A stretch of 64,000 nt of DNA. Origin: Candidatus Bathyarchaeota archaeon (GTDB taxonomy: Archaea; Thermoproteota; Bathyarchaeia; 40CM-2-53-6). Shown one piece after another: positions 20,196-30,851 of the stretch. Numbering within the stretch: position 1 is the first letter of the stretch; every line of letters starts with the position of its first letter. The notes below the pieces were generated by a model, which had not been told where the DNA came from, did no database searches, and worked only from the letters and a program-made list of their open reading frames with translations. The stretch lies in assembly GCA_963733055.1 (NCBI GenBank), contig CAVTBR010000001.1, positions 480,001-544,000 on the forward strand, in the 5' to 3' direction. The position numbers were made by a program, and so were the translations under genes.

Positions 20196-21558
20196 TGACG
20201 TCCATTTTCGTTAGGACCCCGACAGCTACCCCATTATGAACAACGACTACGGCGTTGTGGCCCGCCGTCAGGTGCTTATACAGTTCGGAGATTTCGGCCT
20301 TGGAGTCAACGCTAGGTAGGGCTGCGTCCATGACTTCTTGGGTGGGTTGAGACAGCGATGCTTCTCGTGTGAGAAGTTTCTTCATCACCGTATCATCGTA
20401 GATCGTACCGAGGACGTGGCCCTCTTCGACGACAGGAAGTTGGGATACGTCATGGGTTCGCATTAGTTCCACTGCTTTCGAGAGTGGGTCGTTGAGGGTT
20501 ACCGCGATCATAGGCGGCACGCCTAAGGGTTTCGCGCTCAAAATCGTCTCGACCGTAATCTTGCCCTCCTTCTCAGCCTCAATGTAACCCAATTCCAGCA
20601 TCCACTCATCAGAGTACATCTTGCTCAGGTAGTTTCTTCCTGTATCTGGGAATAGGACGACTACGACCTGGTCTTTGGAGAGTTTCTTGGCGACTTGGAG
20701 TGTGGCGTACATCGCCGTCCCAGATGACCCTCCGACCAAAAGCCCTTCCTCCCTCGCCAGACGGCGGGCCGTGATGAACGAGTCTTTGTCGCTGACGCTT
20801 ATCACTTCGTCGACGTAATCCATGACGAGCGTTTTCGGCATGAAATCCTCTCCAATCCCTTCCACCTTGTAAGGGTGAAGCGGTTTGTCGATCTTGTTGT
20901 AGCGCGGATAGAAGATCGAACCCTCAGGGTCCACGCCTATGACTTTGACTTCAGGCTTTTTCTCTTTCAGATACTTTCCAACACCGGTGATAGTGCCCCC
21001 CGTGCCCATGCCCATTACTACGACGTCCACTTTTCCGTCGGTTTGTTTCCAAATTTCCGGCCCCGTGGTCTTGTAGTGAACTAGCGGGTTGATCGGGTTC
21101 ATGTACTGGTTCGGCATGTACGCGTTTGACGTTTCATGAGCGATTCTTTCTGCCACATTGTAGTAGTTTTCTGGCGAGTCCGGGGGAACGTTGGTTGGGG
21201 CGATAACGACCCGACCACCGAGAGCACGGAGTAGCTTACGTTTTTCTTCACTCATTTTGTCGGCCATCGTGAAGATGGCCCTGTAACCCCGAATCGCGGC
21301 GGTGAGCGCTAGCCCCATGCCAGTATTCCCTGAAGTGGGTTCAACGATGGTGCCGTGAGGCTTCAACAGTCCCTTGCGTTCGGCGTCGTCGATCATGGCG
21401 ATGCCGATCCGGTCCTTCACGCTACCGCCGGGGTTTAGGTACTCAAGTTTCGCGAGGATCAGGCAACTAGCACCGTTAGTGACTTTGTTAATCTTCACAA
21501 GTGGGGTATTTCCAATTAGACCGAGGATATTCTCGTGGTACTGCAAGGCTGACGTCAC
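20170..21558 (-). CDS. cbs: Cystathionine beta-synthase with C-terminal CBS domains
   Basis: NPGGSVKDRI, EPTSGNTG, GTGGT, FPDTGRNYLSK, CBS pair. Confidence 0.9.
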   Translation of the reverse strand: MTSALQYHENILGLIGNTPLVKINKVTNGASCLILAKLEYLNPGGSVKDRIGIAMIDDAERKGLLKPHGTIVEPTSGNTGMGLALTAAIRGYRAIFTMADKMSEEKRKLLRALGGRVVIAPTNVPPDSPENYYNVAERIAHETSNAYMPNQYMNPINPLVHYKTTGPEIWKQTDGKVDVVVMGMGTGGTITGVGKYLKEKKPEVKVIGVDPEGSIFYPRYNKIDKPLHPYKVEGIGEDFMPKTLVMDYVDEVISVSDKDSFITARRLAREEGLLVGGSSGTAMYATLQVAKKLSKDQVVVVLFPDTGRNYLSKMYSDEWMLELGYIEAEKEGKITVETILSAKPLGVPPMIAVTLNDPLSKAVELMRTHDVSQLPVVEEGHVLGTIYDDTVMKKLLTREASLSQPTQEVMDAALPSVDSKAEISELYKHLTAGHNAVVVVHNGVAVGVLTKMDVIMHLSKKT

Positions 21559-21629
21559 GTTACAGTCGTGGTTGAAGGCTATATCTTATGGCATAACCGA
21601 TAAATCGCCCTGTACTCTACTCGGCTATC

Positions 21630-21980
21630 ATGGAAGCCGTATTTCTAGTTCAACCCTGGGTTCAGAGCCGGACGGCAATGGACTGTTGCAAACTTTGTTA
21701 TCAAGAGAGAGAAAGCAAGGACCATTTGGAATGTAAACGAGCCCACCTAGCCGCATACAACTCCCTCCTCGCAGTTCTGAGGCTTGAGAAGGGGAAGGAG
21801 TTCGAAGACGCTTTGAAGACTCTGGAAGAAGCGAAAGCAAAATGCCTCGCAACCGTCAAACCGGACAACCAATGCCACAGCAAATCCCAGGAAGCATTAG
21901 GTCAGACGCTTGCGATCTACGACAAGATATTGGAGAATTACAAGAGGATAATTCCGATGCGGGCTGCTCCGAAGCTCTAA
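21630..21980 (+). CDS. Hypothetical helical protein
   Basis: ORF fills the gap and has plausible composition; no family recognised. Confidence 0.45.
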   Translation: MEAVFLVQPWVQSRTAMDCCKLCYQERESKDHLECKRAHLAAYNSLLAVLRLEKGKEFEDALKTLEEAKAKCLATVKPDNQCHSKSQEALGQTLAIYDKILENYKRIIPMRAAPKL

Positions 21981-22079
21981 TATGCGCTAGGCGTGGATCG
22001 CCAGAGATTTCCTAAACCCATCTTCCAAGAAACTCAGTTTATGCTTCGCTAAACGATCGAGAGCAGGAAAGCTGAGGAT

Positions 22080-23812
22080 ATGCCACCTGAACACGAAGCT
22101 CAGATTGCATGGTTGGATTGGACCGATGAGGCCTTTCAGAGAGCGAAGGCGGAGAATAAGCCGGTTCTACTGGACATCAGCGCGGTCTGGTGCCACTGGT
22201 GCCACCGACTCGACCATGACACTTACGCGGTTCCCGACATAGCCGAATACATTCAAACTAATTTCATCCCAATCCGTGTTGACACGGATAAGCGACCGGA
22301 CATCAACCGTAGGTACAATATGGGGGGTTGGCCCACAACCGCCTTCCTCGCACCGGACGGGCGTGTGATTGGCGGCGGCGCATATTTCCCTCCGGACCAG
22401 ATGCGTCAGCTTCTACGTGACATCAGGTCAAATTGGTTGAAATCGCAAGGGAAGCCTCCGGCTGAGGTTCTGCCTCCCGAGGAGGAGAGCGCGCCTGTTG
22501 GTGAATTGTCAAGTTCCATGGTGGACGAGATACTTGGCGAGGTTGCCAACAACTTTGATCCCATCTACGGCGGCTTCGGATCCCAACCCAAGTTCCCCAA
22601 CACAGAAGCCCAAGAATTAGCGCTGATGAAGTACCATTACACTGGCAACCGGGAATTTCTCGGACTCGTAGTCGTGACATTGAACAATGCTGGACGAAGT
22701 GGGACGTATGATAAGGAGATGGGCGGCTTCTTCCGTTATTCAACAGCCCGAGACTGGAGTATCCCACATTTCGAGAAAATGTCTGAGGACAACGCGAAAT
22801 GGCTTCAACTCTACCTGCACGCCTACCAATCCACCGCCGACCCATTCTACGCCGAGGTCTCAAGAGGAATTATCGACTACGTGAACTCATGGCTGAGTGA
22901 TCAGACGCAGGGTTGTTTCTACGGAAGCCAAGACGCGGATGAGGAATACTACAAGCTCAGTAAAGCCGAACGCCTCAAGACCAAACCGCCTTTCGTTGAT
23001 AAGCGAATCTACACGAATTGGAATACGATGATGATATCCGCCTACCTCGACGCCTCCTTCATCCTAGCCGATCCGCTACCACGAGAGTTCGCGCTCAAAA
23101 GCCTCGATAGGCTACTTCAGCTCAATTTCAGGAAGAATGAAGGCATGTACCATTTCTACGACGGCAAACCCCAATTGGAGAATCAACTCGCCGACCAAAT
23201 ACAAACCGTCAATGCTCTATGCCGTGCCTTCGAGTGTACAGGAGAGAGGAAGTATCTCAAGAACGCGACTGAGCTGATGAATCTCACCATAACAAAACTT
23301 CACGATCCGCAACTCGGCGGTTTCTTCGACACTGTAGTTGACCCGAACGCTCCTGGCTTTCTAAGTAAGCAAACAAAGCCGCTGGAGGAAAACAGCGCCG
23401 CAGCTCGCGTTTTAACAAAACTGCATCACCTAATGGGAGATGAGTCGTACCGGAAATACGCGGAAGATACCCTAAGGCGTTTCGCGGATTCCTATCTCAG
23501 CTTCGGATTCTCATCAGCCGAGTTCGCGTTGGGCGTTGACGCTTTCCTGAATGAACCGAGTATGATACAGATCGTTGGATCCCCCGATAGGCCGCAAACG
23601 AAGGGCCTCCTCCGGAAGCCAACCGCATATACGAGCCAAGAAAGATCGTGCAAATCTTTGATCCGCGTCAGGATTCGAAGGAGATAGAAGCGAGGGGTTA
23701 CTCAACGGCTGACACGCCGACCGCCTACATCTGCGTCGGAACAACCTGCACAGCACCCATCACAGAGCCGAAGCAGATTGCGCCGTCGCTACAACAAATG
23801 ATCAAGCACTAA
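22080..23812 (+). CDS. YyaL/SSP411 thioredoxin-domain protein (frameshifted near 23612)
   Basis: WCHWCH, GGWPTT, PKFP, PHFEKM; conserved C-terminus TAYICVGTTCTAP continues in another frame to TAA at 23812. Confidence 0.85.
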
Positions 23813-24221
23813 GCTTCAGATCGTCAACCGCTAGTTTCTTTCTGATCTCCTCCATCTGGTCTGCACGGAGGAGCTTTCTTGCGGTGAATCCCGCGTTGTC
23901 GTTGGGGCTTCGGGGAATTATGTGAACGTGCACGTGGGGTATGAGTTGGTTTGCGGCCGCGCCGTCGTTGGTGGAGATATGGGACGCGGTTGCGCCTAAC
24001 CTGGAGGTTATCACCTGGTTCAGGGCGTGTACGCGGGCGTAGAGCGCCAAGAAATCATGCAGCGACATATTGTTGACGCGCTCGAAATGCGCTTTGGGCA
24101 GGACGAGAGTGTGCCCTATTGAGATTGGATACTTATCGAGAAATGCAATGTGGCCCGCGTCTTCGTAGATTATGTAGGCCGGGGTTGTTTTGCTTATGAT
24201 TTCGCAGAAAACACAGGCCAA
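23802..24221 (-). CDS. HIT family hydrolase
   Basis: CVFC, GHTLVLPKAH, HVHVHIIPR. Confidence 0.93.
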   Translation of the reverse strand: MACVFCEIISKTTPAYIIYEDAGHIAFLDKYPISIGHTLVLPKAHFERVNNMSLHDFLALYARVHALNQVITSRLGATASHISTNDGAAANQLIPHVHVHIIPRSPNDNAGFTARKLLRADQMEEIRKKLAVDDLKLSA

Positions 24222-24323
24222 TCCATCCGCCTCCCAGAGTCCCAGCCATTATCACGAGATAGTACGAAAGTTACATAAAACGACTCGCAACTATAGGAAT
24301 ACCACACCTGTAGGCGAGAAAAG

Positions 24324-24611
24324 CTGGCAAAACGCATAAGGGTTAGACCCAAGAAACGAAGAAGTCGTGCGGCTAGGAGAACAGCGCCGAGGAGAGCATC
24401 TAGAACCAGGCGAAAGCCGGCGGCGCCAAAGGAGACACACTTCAATGCTTTGCTTGTCTTCATGATGTTCCTATACATGCTCAGGCTCGTGGACGAGAAG
24501 ACGCTCAAAAGAATGCAAAGAGACCTATCACCTCAGAAGAAACATGCCGCGAAGCGTAGAAAGAAGCGTAGGGCGAAGCCCAGAGCGAAGCCTCGAAGAC
24601 GCCGAAAGTAA
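24324..24611 (+). CDS. Very basic Arg/Lys-rich small protein (CTG start; absent from the ORF track)
   Basis: Manual translation: (M)AKRIRVRPKKRRSRAARR...FNALLVFMMFLYMLRLV...KRRKKRRAKPRAKPRRRRK*; fills the gap between HIT and the next gene. Confidence 0.65.
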   Translation: MAKRIRVRPKKRRSRAARRTAPRRASRTRRKPAAPKETHFNALLVFMMFLYMLRLVDEKTLKRMQRDLSPQKKHAAKRRKKRRAKPRAKPRRRRK

Positions 24612-24749
24612 AGCCCAAGAGGACGCTCGGGTAGCGGTACCTCACCGGACAGCTCAAATTGGTAAAGGGAACACTGCCGTTCCTCAGTCGAAAAATTCCA
24701 TGAACGGAAATAACTCATAATAGGGTCTGGAACTCCTGTTCGACGCCGG

Positions 24750-25595
24750 GTGCTGGGCTTGAGGCGTGGAATGGCTGGGGTTGGATTACTAGTAGTCTTG
24801 TGTATGTTTCTGTTGGTTTTGGAGCCGTTATCTGTTCACGCGAGTACGTCCATCGTCTTCGATTCATCCGCCACTAACAATTGTGCGGGCTGCCTCACGT
24901 TGTCCTGGTCTCATACTGTTGGGACGGGCAGTAATGGGATTCTAATCGTCGGACTCTCCGGTTATAAGAATGCCCCCGCTACTAGTGTCACGTTTGGCTC
25001 CAAGTTACTCTCACGTGTGGGCAATCACCTGGGTTTTAGTCTTGTGAATGTTGAGTTGTGGGTTCTCCTTAACCCATCGAGCGCATGCGCCCCTTCGCCT
25101 CCTCCTTGCAAGGCAATGGTCACCGTCACCATCACGGCTGACGATATCTTGGCTGGGGGGTCGGTTTCATACTTTAATGTCGGGGGTACCGGAACCGTTG
25201 CCTCAGCCGATGACGGTGGGACCCCGGGAACCACTGGTTCGGTCACAGTGAGCGGCAGCACCTCAGGTGACCTGGTGGTAGACGCGTTAGGGGCATACAA
25301 CAACGTGGGCACAACCACCGCCTCTCCGGGGGCGGGTCAAAGTCAACGTTGGAACACTGGACCAGTTCATCCAATCTCAATCGCGAATTTTGTTGGAGGG
25401 GGGAGCGACCAACCCGCTTCGTCACCCGTAACCATGACCTGGTCATTGTCCACCTCCACCTTTTGGTCGTTAATTGCTGTCCCTCTCACACAAGCCACTA
25501 TCATACCAGAGTACCCGCTTGGACTACCAATACTCGCGATCCTCACGATAATCGCATACGGGGTAATCAGACGAAGAGCGAAGCACGAAACCTAA
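24750..25595 (+). CDS. Secreted surface protein with PEF-CTERM-like tail
   Basis: Signal peptide, Ser/Thr/Gly-rich beta region, IPEYPLGLP-TM-RRR C-terminus. Confidence 0.75.
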   Translation: MLGLRRGMAGVGLLVVLCMFLLVLEPLSVHASTSIVFDSSATNNCAGCLTLSWSHTVGTGSNGILIVGLSGYKNAPATSVTFGSKLLSRVGNHLGFSLVNVELWVLLNPSSACAPSPPPCKAMVTVTITADDILAGGSVSYFNVGGTGTVASADDGGTPGTTGSVTVSGSTSGDLVVDALGAYNNVGTTTASPGAGQSQRWNTGPVHPISIANFVGGGSDQPASSPVTMTWSLSTSTFWSLIAVPLTQATIIPEYPLGLPILAILTIIAYGVIRRRAKHET

Positions 25596-25780
25596 ACACG
25601 CTAACAATTAACTGAACGATAACGATACATGCCTAGGCGATTGTCAACCGTCAACGTAGCCTTGCTGCCTCCTGCCGTCCCTGTCCAAAACAAATCCGCG
25701 TTTCTCAGAGAGAAACGATTAGCTTCACTCAACTCTCTTGCTTATCTTTGCAGGGGGTCTACTGTTCCCGTTGAACAAAA

Positions 25781-26116
25781 TTGCCACTGAGACCTCTAAT
25801 CTTGAAGACCTTGGGGAGCGAGGCCCGGTTAAGAATCCTACTAGTTCTAGCCCGAAGCCGCGGAGAAGATTTGACGATTTACAAGATTGCGAAGTTCAGT
25901 GGGTTGGATAGGAAGGTAATTCGGAAGCATTTGGGGAAGTTAGTTGAAACAAACCTCGTGCACATGAAAAGTTACGGCCCAATATCGGTTTACAGTATAA
26001 ACAGCGACAACGGCCCCGTCCAGCGGGTGATAGACCTATTCAACGAAGCACGCTTACTCGCACAAGCACCCCTAGCAACAATAGAAACAATGCACTGGTA
26101 CGACATCCGCGCCTGA
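25781..26116 (+). CDS. ArsR-like winged-helix regulator
   Basis: LGSEARLRIL..IYKIAKFSGLDRKVIRKHLGKLVE. Confidence 0.75.
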   Translation: MPLRPLILKTLGSEARLRILLVLARSRGEDLTIYKIAKFSGLDRKVIRKHLGKLVETNLVHMKSYGPISVYSINSDNGPVQRVIDLFNEARLLAQAPLATIETMHWYDIRA

Positions 26117-26199
26117 ACCCAAAGACCACTATTTGTCACGCCGGGAAACTTACCGGAATCTTTAGAGTGTCCTCCGGTTTCCAACAATAGGGACTGCCA

Positions 26200-26601
26200 A
26201 TGGCCCTCTGGAAAACGCTCTACGCGATGATCTGGCTTGCTTCCTTACAGATACTTATCATCATACTGCCGCGCTTCAGCCTCTATCTTGTTGATCTGCA
26301 TGCACTCCTGGGCTTGATAATCCTAGGATTGGCGCACTACAACAACACGAAGATGAAACACACCGAAGCACCGAACCGGCTTAAACGGATCACAAAATCA
26401 ACCGCCATTTTGGCAACAGTCCAGATAGTCCTGGGGGTAATACTGTACGCTAACCTCAGAATGAACATGAACATACCCCTAGCAGACGTCATAGTCTTCA
26501 TTCACATCATAATCGCATTGGCCATCATAACACAGGCCGCGTCGGTTGCGACCGCTTACGACATGTGGGAAGACCACGAATATGACTCTCCTAAGAAATG
26601 A
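26200..26601 (+). CDS. Four-TM membrane protein with His residues (possibly heme-binding)
   Basis: Four hydrophobic segments; His in DLHALLG and FIHII. Confidence 0.6.
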   Translation: MALWKTLYAMIWLASLQILIIILPRFSLYLVDLHALLGLIILGLAHYNNTKMKHTEAPNRLKRITKSTAILATVQIVLGVILYANLRMNMNIPLADVIVFIHIIIALAIITQAASVATAYDMWEDHEYDSPKK

Positions 26602-26646
26602 AACTGAGCAGATTCATGCCCGAAGAGTCACCGCTGCGTTAGCACC

Positions 26647-26973
26647 ATGGGCGGACGGATTCATCAGGCGACTCTCGGGAACATGCGAGAGCTTCTCAAA
26701 AGCGAGAAACCGGTGGTTGTGGATTTTTGGGCTTCATGGTGCGGCCCCTGCCACGTAATGACACCTATCATTAGGGACATGGCCAGGAGATTCGAAGATC
26801 GGATAGTCTTCGCGAAAGTCGACACTCAGAACAGCAGGGACTTGGCCCAGCAGTTTAACGTCAGAAGCATCCCCACCCTCATCCTCTTCAAGAACGGAAA
26901 AGAATGGGATCGATTGACTGGGGTTAGGAGTCGATCGGAGCTGAATAAGCTCTTAGAGAAACTATCTTCCTGA
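26647..26973 (+). CDS. trxA: Thioredoxin
   Basis: DFWASWCGPC, RSIPTLILFKNG. Confidence 0.93.
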   Translation: MGGRIHQATLGNMRELLKSEKPVVVDFWASWCGPCHVMTPIIRDMARRFEDRIVFAKVDTQNSRDLAQQFNVRSIPTLILFKNGKEWDRLTGVRSRSELNKLLEKLSS

Positions 26974-27062
26974 GCCTCTTACGCCGCTACCTCGTCACCA
27001 AAACGCAATCGTTCCCTTACGATTAAAAGATCAGTGTGAATTACTCAATAGTGTGAAGGACT

Positions 27063-27449
27063 TTGGTGCAAGGAGCCATCGATGTTAGAGAGGCCATTAC
27101 GGTAATCACGGTAAGCGACCTCCGGAAGTCTCGGGAGTGGTACTCGCGGCTCTTTGGCAAGGAGCCCGATCTGGAACCTTTTCCGGGAAATGTAGAGTTC
27201 AAGGTCGGCGGTGCATGGGTGCAAGTCGTAAGCGGGAAGGTGCAGCCCTCGAGTTGGAGCCTCCAGTTGGAAGTCACTGATTTGTCCCGAGAACGGGAGC
27301 GGTTGCGAAAGAGTGGGATTGCAGCGACCGAGATCAAGACGGTTCCGGATGTAATCAGTTACTTTGACCTCAGTGACCCAGATGGCAATTCGATGAGGTG
27401 GTTCCAGGTGCTCACCTCCGACCCTAAGGTTACTGGCGACCGCGATTAA
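27063..27449 (+). CDS. VOC/glyoxalase family protein
   Basis: VSDLRKSREWYSRLFG, DPDGN. Confidence 0.8.
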   Translation: MVQGAIDVREAITVITVSDLRKSREWYSRLFGKEPDLEPFPGNVEFKVGGAWVQVVSGKVQPSSWSLQLEVTDLSRERERLRKSGIAATEIKTVPDVISYFDLSDPDGNSMRWFQVLTSDPKVTGDRD

Positions 27450-27475
27450 GACGCAAACAAGGTTCAAGAGCAGAC

Positions 27476-27823
27476 TTGACGGATGAGCTTCATCTCGGAA
27501 TAACGATCCTCAGTAGAGGAGGAACAACGATCGTTCCGAAACAGGTAATGAAGATATTGAAACTGGGACACTCACCCCAACAGAGGGAAAAGCTCCTGTG
27601 GACACAAAATGAGGATGAGATTATGGTCAGCAAAGGAACGCCCCAGTCGAGTTTCACAAAAACAATGCTCAGAAGAGGCGGAACGGCGGCTGTCCCTAAA
27701 CATATACAGAAAGCATTGAAACTGAGACCAACATTCCACAACGAGGAAAGACTGCGCTGGATACAAAAGGGGGACGAGATCATCGTCAGGAAAGGAAGCC
27801 CCCAATCGAATCCCACCGAATAG
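27476..27823 (+). CDS. Tandem AbrB-like double-domain protein
   Basis: Internal duplication RGGTTIVPK..LLW..DEIMVSKG / RGGTAAVPK..LRW..DEIIVRKG. Confidence 0.6.
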   Translation: MTDELHLGITILSRGGTTIVPKQVMKILKLGHSPQQREKLLWTQNEDEIMVSKGTPQSSFTKTMLRRGGTAAVPKHIQKALKLRPTFHNEERLRWIQKGDEIIVRKGSPQSNPTE

Positions 27824-27861
27824 GTTAGATGCGCAGAGAATTGAATCATGACTGAAGAATC

Positions 27862-28095
27862 ATGGGTGCGGTTCGTCCCGAGCAGATCATGAAGGTTCTC
27901 GAGTTAACTGATTCACTCAATTTGCACCGTGAATCAGTCTTGATTCCACTGTCGACCGAGCCTGAAGGAAGCGTTACCATCCTTCCCGACCGGCGCGTAC
28001 GTATTGTAGTTCCGAGCAACAGACCATTCGAAGTCTGGCTCATCGAGTTACGAGCTCAGTTGGCGAAGATGAATTTAGCTACCAAGCCTGAGTAA
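27862..28095 (+). CDS. Small hypothetical protein
   Basis: 77 aa ORF with plausible composition, convergent with dinB. Confidence 0.55.
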   Translation: MGAVRPEQIMKVLELTDSLNLHRESVLIPLSTEPEGSVTILPDRRVRIVVPSNRPFEVWLIELRAQLAKMNLATKPE

Positions 28096-28101
28096 GCTAA
28101 C

Positions 28102-29190
28102 TCACTCGTTCGGATTGGCCCAGCGTAGGATGCTTTCCTGCTCTGACCCCAACTCCTTGAGATTGGATACTCTGACGCCAACGAGGCGAATTTTACGCTG
28201 AGAGCTCTCAAATTCCCTGAAGAGTTGCTTCACGTATTCTTCAATGATGGATTTTTCGTTTGTGTACCTCGTATGGGTTCGGGCTCGAGTGAAGGTTTCG
28301 AAATCTTCCAGCCTAACTTTGATGCCGATGGTTCGGAACAGTACGTTTTGAGATTGGACTCGAGCATGGACGTCTTGGATGATTGAGTCAAAAACCTCCA
28401 TGACCTTGTTCCTGTCCAGCTCGTCTTCTTGGAAGGTGCTTTCTGAGCTGATGGATTTGACTGCGTAGCTGGTAACTACCTCTTCTTCGTCTATCCCATT
28501 GGCTATTTGCCAGATTCTTGTTCCGTATTTTCCGAAAATCTCGGTTAACCTGCTGGGATGGGTAGAAGCCAGTTGGCCAATTGAGACGATCCCAGCTTGA
28601 GTCAACAATTCCGAGCTCTTCTTTCCGACTCCACTGATTTTTGTTACAGGGAGTGGATCTAGGAATTCTCGTAGTTTCTCGGGTGGAACGCAGGTCAGCC
28701 CGTCCGGTTTTTTGAAGTCGGAGGCAATTTTTGCGGCGGCTTTGTTCGGGGCGATGCCGATTGAACAGGTGAGCTTCGCTTTCTCACGAATCTCTCGCTT
28801 GATTGTTTCAGCCATTGCGGTGGCTTCTTCGAAACTGGAGGCTTTCTCAGTTATGTCCACGAAGGCTTCGTCTATGCTCATTTGTTCAACTTTGTCCGAG
28901 AACGTTCGAAGTAGTCCTATGATCTCTTCTGAAGCTTGTTCGTATCGGGTGAAGTTGGGTGGGACGTAGACGCCGTTTGGGCAAAGCCTGTAAGCTATGG
29001 AGATGGGCAAAGCAGAACGTACCCCGAGCTTGCGTGCCTCGTACGAGCAACTCATAACGACCCCCCGCCCCTTTCCTTCCTTCGGGTCCGCGCCGACGAT
29101 CACGGGCTTCCCAATTAGGGCCGGATTCTCGCGCTGTTCAACTGAAGGGTAGAATGCGTCCATATCGATGTGCAATATGACCCGGTTCAA
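28102..29190 (-). CDS. dinB: DNA polymerase IV (Y-family)
   Basis: HIDMDAFY, SYEARKLGV, SIDEAF, KIASDFKKPDG. Confidence 0.95.
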   Translation of the reverse strand: MNRVILHIDMDAFYPSVEQRENPALIGKPVIVGADPKEGKGRGVVMSCSYEARKLGVRSALPISIAYRLCPNGVYVPPNFTRYEQASEEIIGLLRTFSDKVEQMSIDEAFVDITEKASSFEEATAMAETIKREIREKAKLTCSIGIAPNKAAAKIASDFKKPDGLTCVPPEKLREFLDPLPVTKISGVGKKSSELLTQAGIVSIGQLASTHPSRLTEIFGKYGTRIWQIANGIDEEEVVTSYAVKSISSESTFQEDELDRNKVMEVFDSIIQDVHARVQSQNVLFRTIGIKVRLEDFETFTRARTHTRYTNEKSIIEEYVKQLFREFESSQRKIRLVGVRVSNLKELGSEQESILRWANPNE

Positions 29191-29444
29191 GGCCTTGCAT
29201 CCCCCGCTGAAATGGCGTTATTCAAGTTTGAGGCGACGGTTATTCCGCCAGTCAGTGCCCATTTACTTTCAGCGACAGGTTAGCGGGACCCGAAATGGTT
29301 ACGATGAAAACTAATATCTTATTGGTTTGATGAGCCAATGGCCTTCGGTGAGGACCCTTTCAGCCAACCGATCCAGACCGTTCGCAGACCTTTGTTCCTC
29401 CCGCATTCTCTTCACGGTCAAGGTTTGACAAACATAGAATTGCT

Positions 29445-30830
29445 GTGTTGCCGCTGCAAAACATTAGCCCTGACCCTAAGGACGAATATTTCGCGGACGG
29501 GCTGACCGAGGAAATGATCTCGACAATGACAAAGATCGGTGGAATGAAGGTGATCGCGAGGACGTCCATCATGGGCTATAAGGGGGTGGAGAAGAAAATT
29601 GATCAAATCGCCCGAGAGCTACAAGTTGGAACTGTAATCGAGGGAAGCGTACGAAAAGCGGGCGATAATCTACGAATTACCGTTCAACTCATAGACTCCG
29701 AGAGCGGTGACCACTTATGGTCGGAATCCTTCGATAGAGAAATGAAAGACATATTCACAGTCCAAACCGAGATCTCGAAGACCGTAGCCGAAGCACTCAA
29801 AGTAAAAATCTTACCCGTAGAAAAAGAACGACTTGACAAGAGACTGACAGGAAATCTCGACGCGTACACCCTCTACTTGAAAGGCAAATTCTTCTGGAAC
29901 GAACGATCTAGAGATTCGCTCCTGAAAGCGGTCAATTATTTCGAAGATGCGATAAAGAGGGACCCTGCCTTTGCACGTGCCTACTCTGGGTTGGCTGATT
30001 GCTACGTTGTACTTGTAAACCACAGATACCTGCCTCAGAAAGAAGGCTACAGTAAAGCAAGGAACGCTTTGACGAAAGCGCTTAGCCTCGACGGAGCCCT
30101 TGCCGAAGCCCATGTTTCCCTAGGAAACATCCTGAGCAACGAATGGAACTGGTCTGCAGCGGAACACGAATTCTCCGAAGCCATAGAGGCCAACCCTAAC
30201 TTCGCGAAGGCACACCACTGGTATTCCATCCACCTCCTAAGCCTTGGTCGAATTGAGGAAGCAATAGATCAAGCAAAAATCGCGGAAGACCTTGACCCAC
30301 TATCACCGATGATACATGCCTACGCGGGGGGCCTTCTCCTTTACGCCCGGCGGTACGATGATGCTATGAAGGAACTTGACCGATCACTGGAGATAGATCC
30401 AAATTTCGTGCCAGCACATGCAAACAGGTCAGATGCCTGCTTGGCTAAGGAGAGGTTTGAGGAAGCGCTCGCGGAATTGCAGTGGGTGATGCGTAGGGTC
30501 CCCGCGACGATACATTGGAGAGTTGAGCTAGGATTCGTTCACGCCCTCTCGGGCAGGAGGAAAGAGGCCGAGCAAATTCTCATAGAATGTGAAAAGGCCG
30601 CTAACCGTGAAGACTTCGACCCTCAGCGGGTGGCGATCATTTATTCAAAGGTGGGCAACATGGACCGCGCATTTGAATGGCTCGAGAATGCCTTCAAACT
30701 TCACTCAATAACCCCTTTCCAGGTCAAACAAGGACCGTTCTACGACAACATAACATCAGACCCGAGATTCGACGAATTGGTAAGGAAGACTGGCGCGATG
30801 AAACAAGTGCCTCATGGCGGTATCAGTTAA
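29445..30830 (+). CDS. TolB-like + TPR repeat protein (type usually fused to a cyclase or kinase)
   Basis: VLPLQNIS..EYFADGLTEE, EGSVRKAG..RITVQLID, DAYTLYLKG, TPRs, DPRF end. Confidence 0.85.
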   Translation: MLPLQNISPDPKDEYFADGLTEEMISTMTKIGGMKVIARTSIMGYKGVEKKIDQIARELQVGTVIEGSVRKAGDNLRITVQLIDSESGDHLWSESFDREMKDIFTVQTEISKTVAEALKVKILPVEKERLDKRLTGNLDAYTLYLKGKFFWNERSRDSLLKAVNYFEDAIKRDPAFARAYSGLADCYVVLVNHRYLPQKEGYSKARNALTKALSLDGALAEAHVSLGNILSNEWNWSAAEHEFSEAIEANPNFAKAHHWYSIHLLSLGRIEEAIDQAKIAEDLDPLSPMIHAYAGGLLLYARRYDDAMKELDRSLEIDPNFVPAHANRSDACLAKERFEEALAELQWVMRRVPATIHWRVELGFVHALSGRRKEAEQILIECEKAANREDFDPQRVAIIYSKVGNMDRAFEWLENAFKLHSITPFQVKQGPFYDNITSDPRFDELVRKTGAMKQVPHGGIS

Positions 30831-30851
30831 GCTAAGATTTAGGTCACGTAG

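Noticed and set aside
24640-24700. tRNA-like stretch (AGCTCAAATTGGTAAAG)
   Set aside because: Resembles a D-loop only; no acceptor stem or T-arm could be built.
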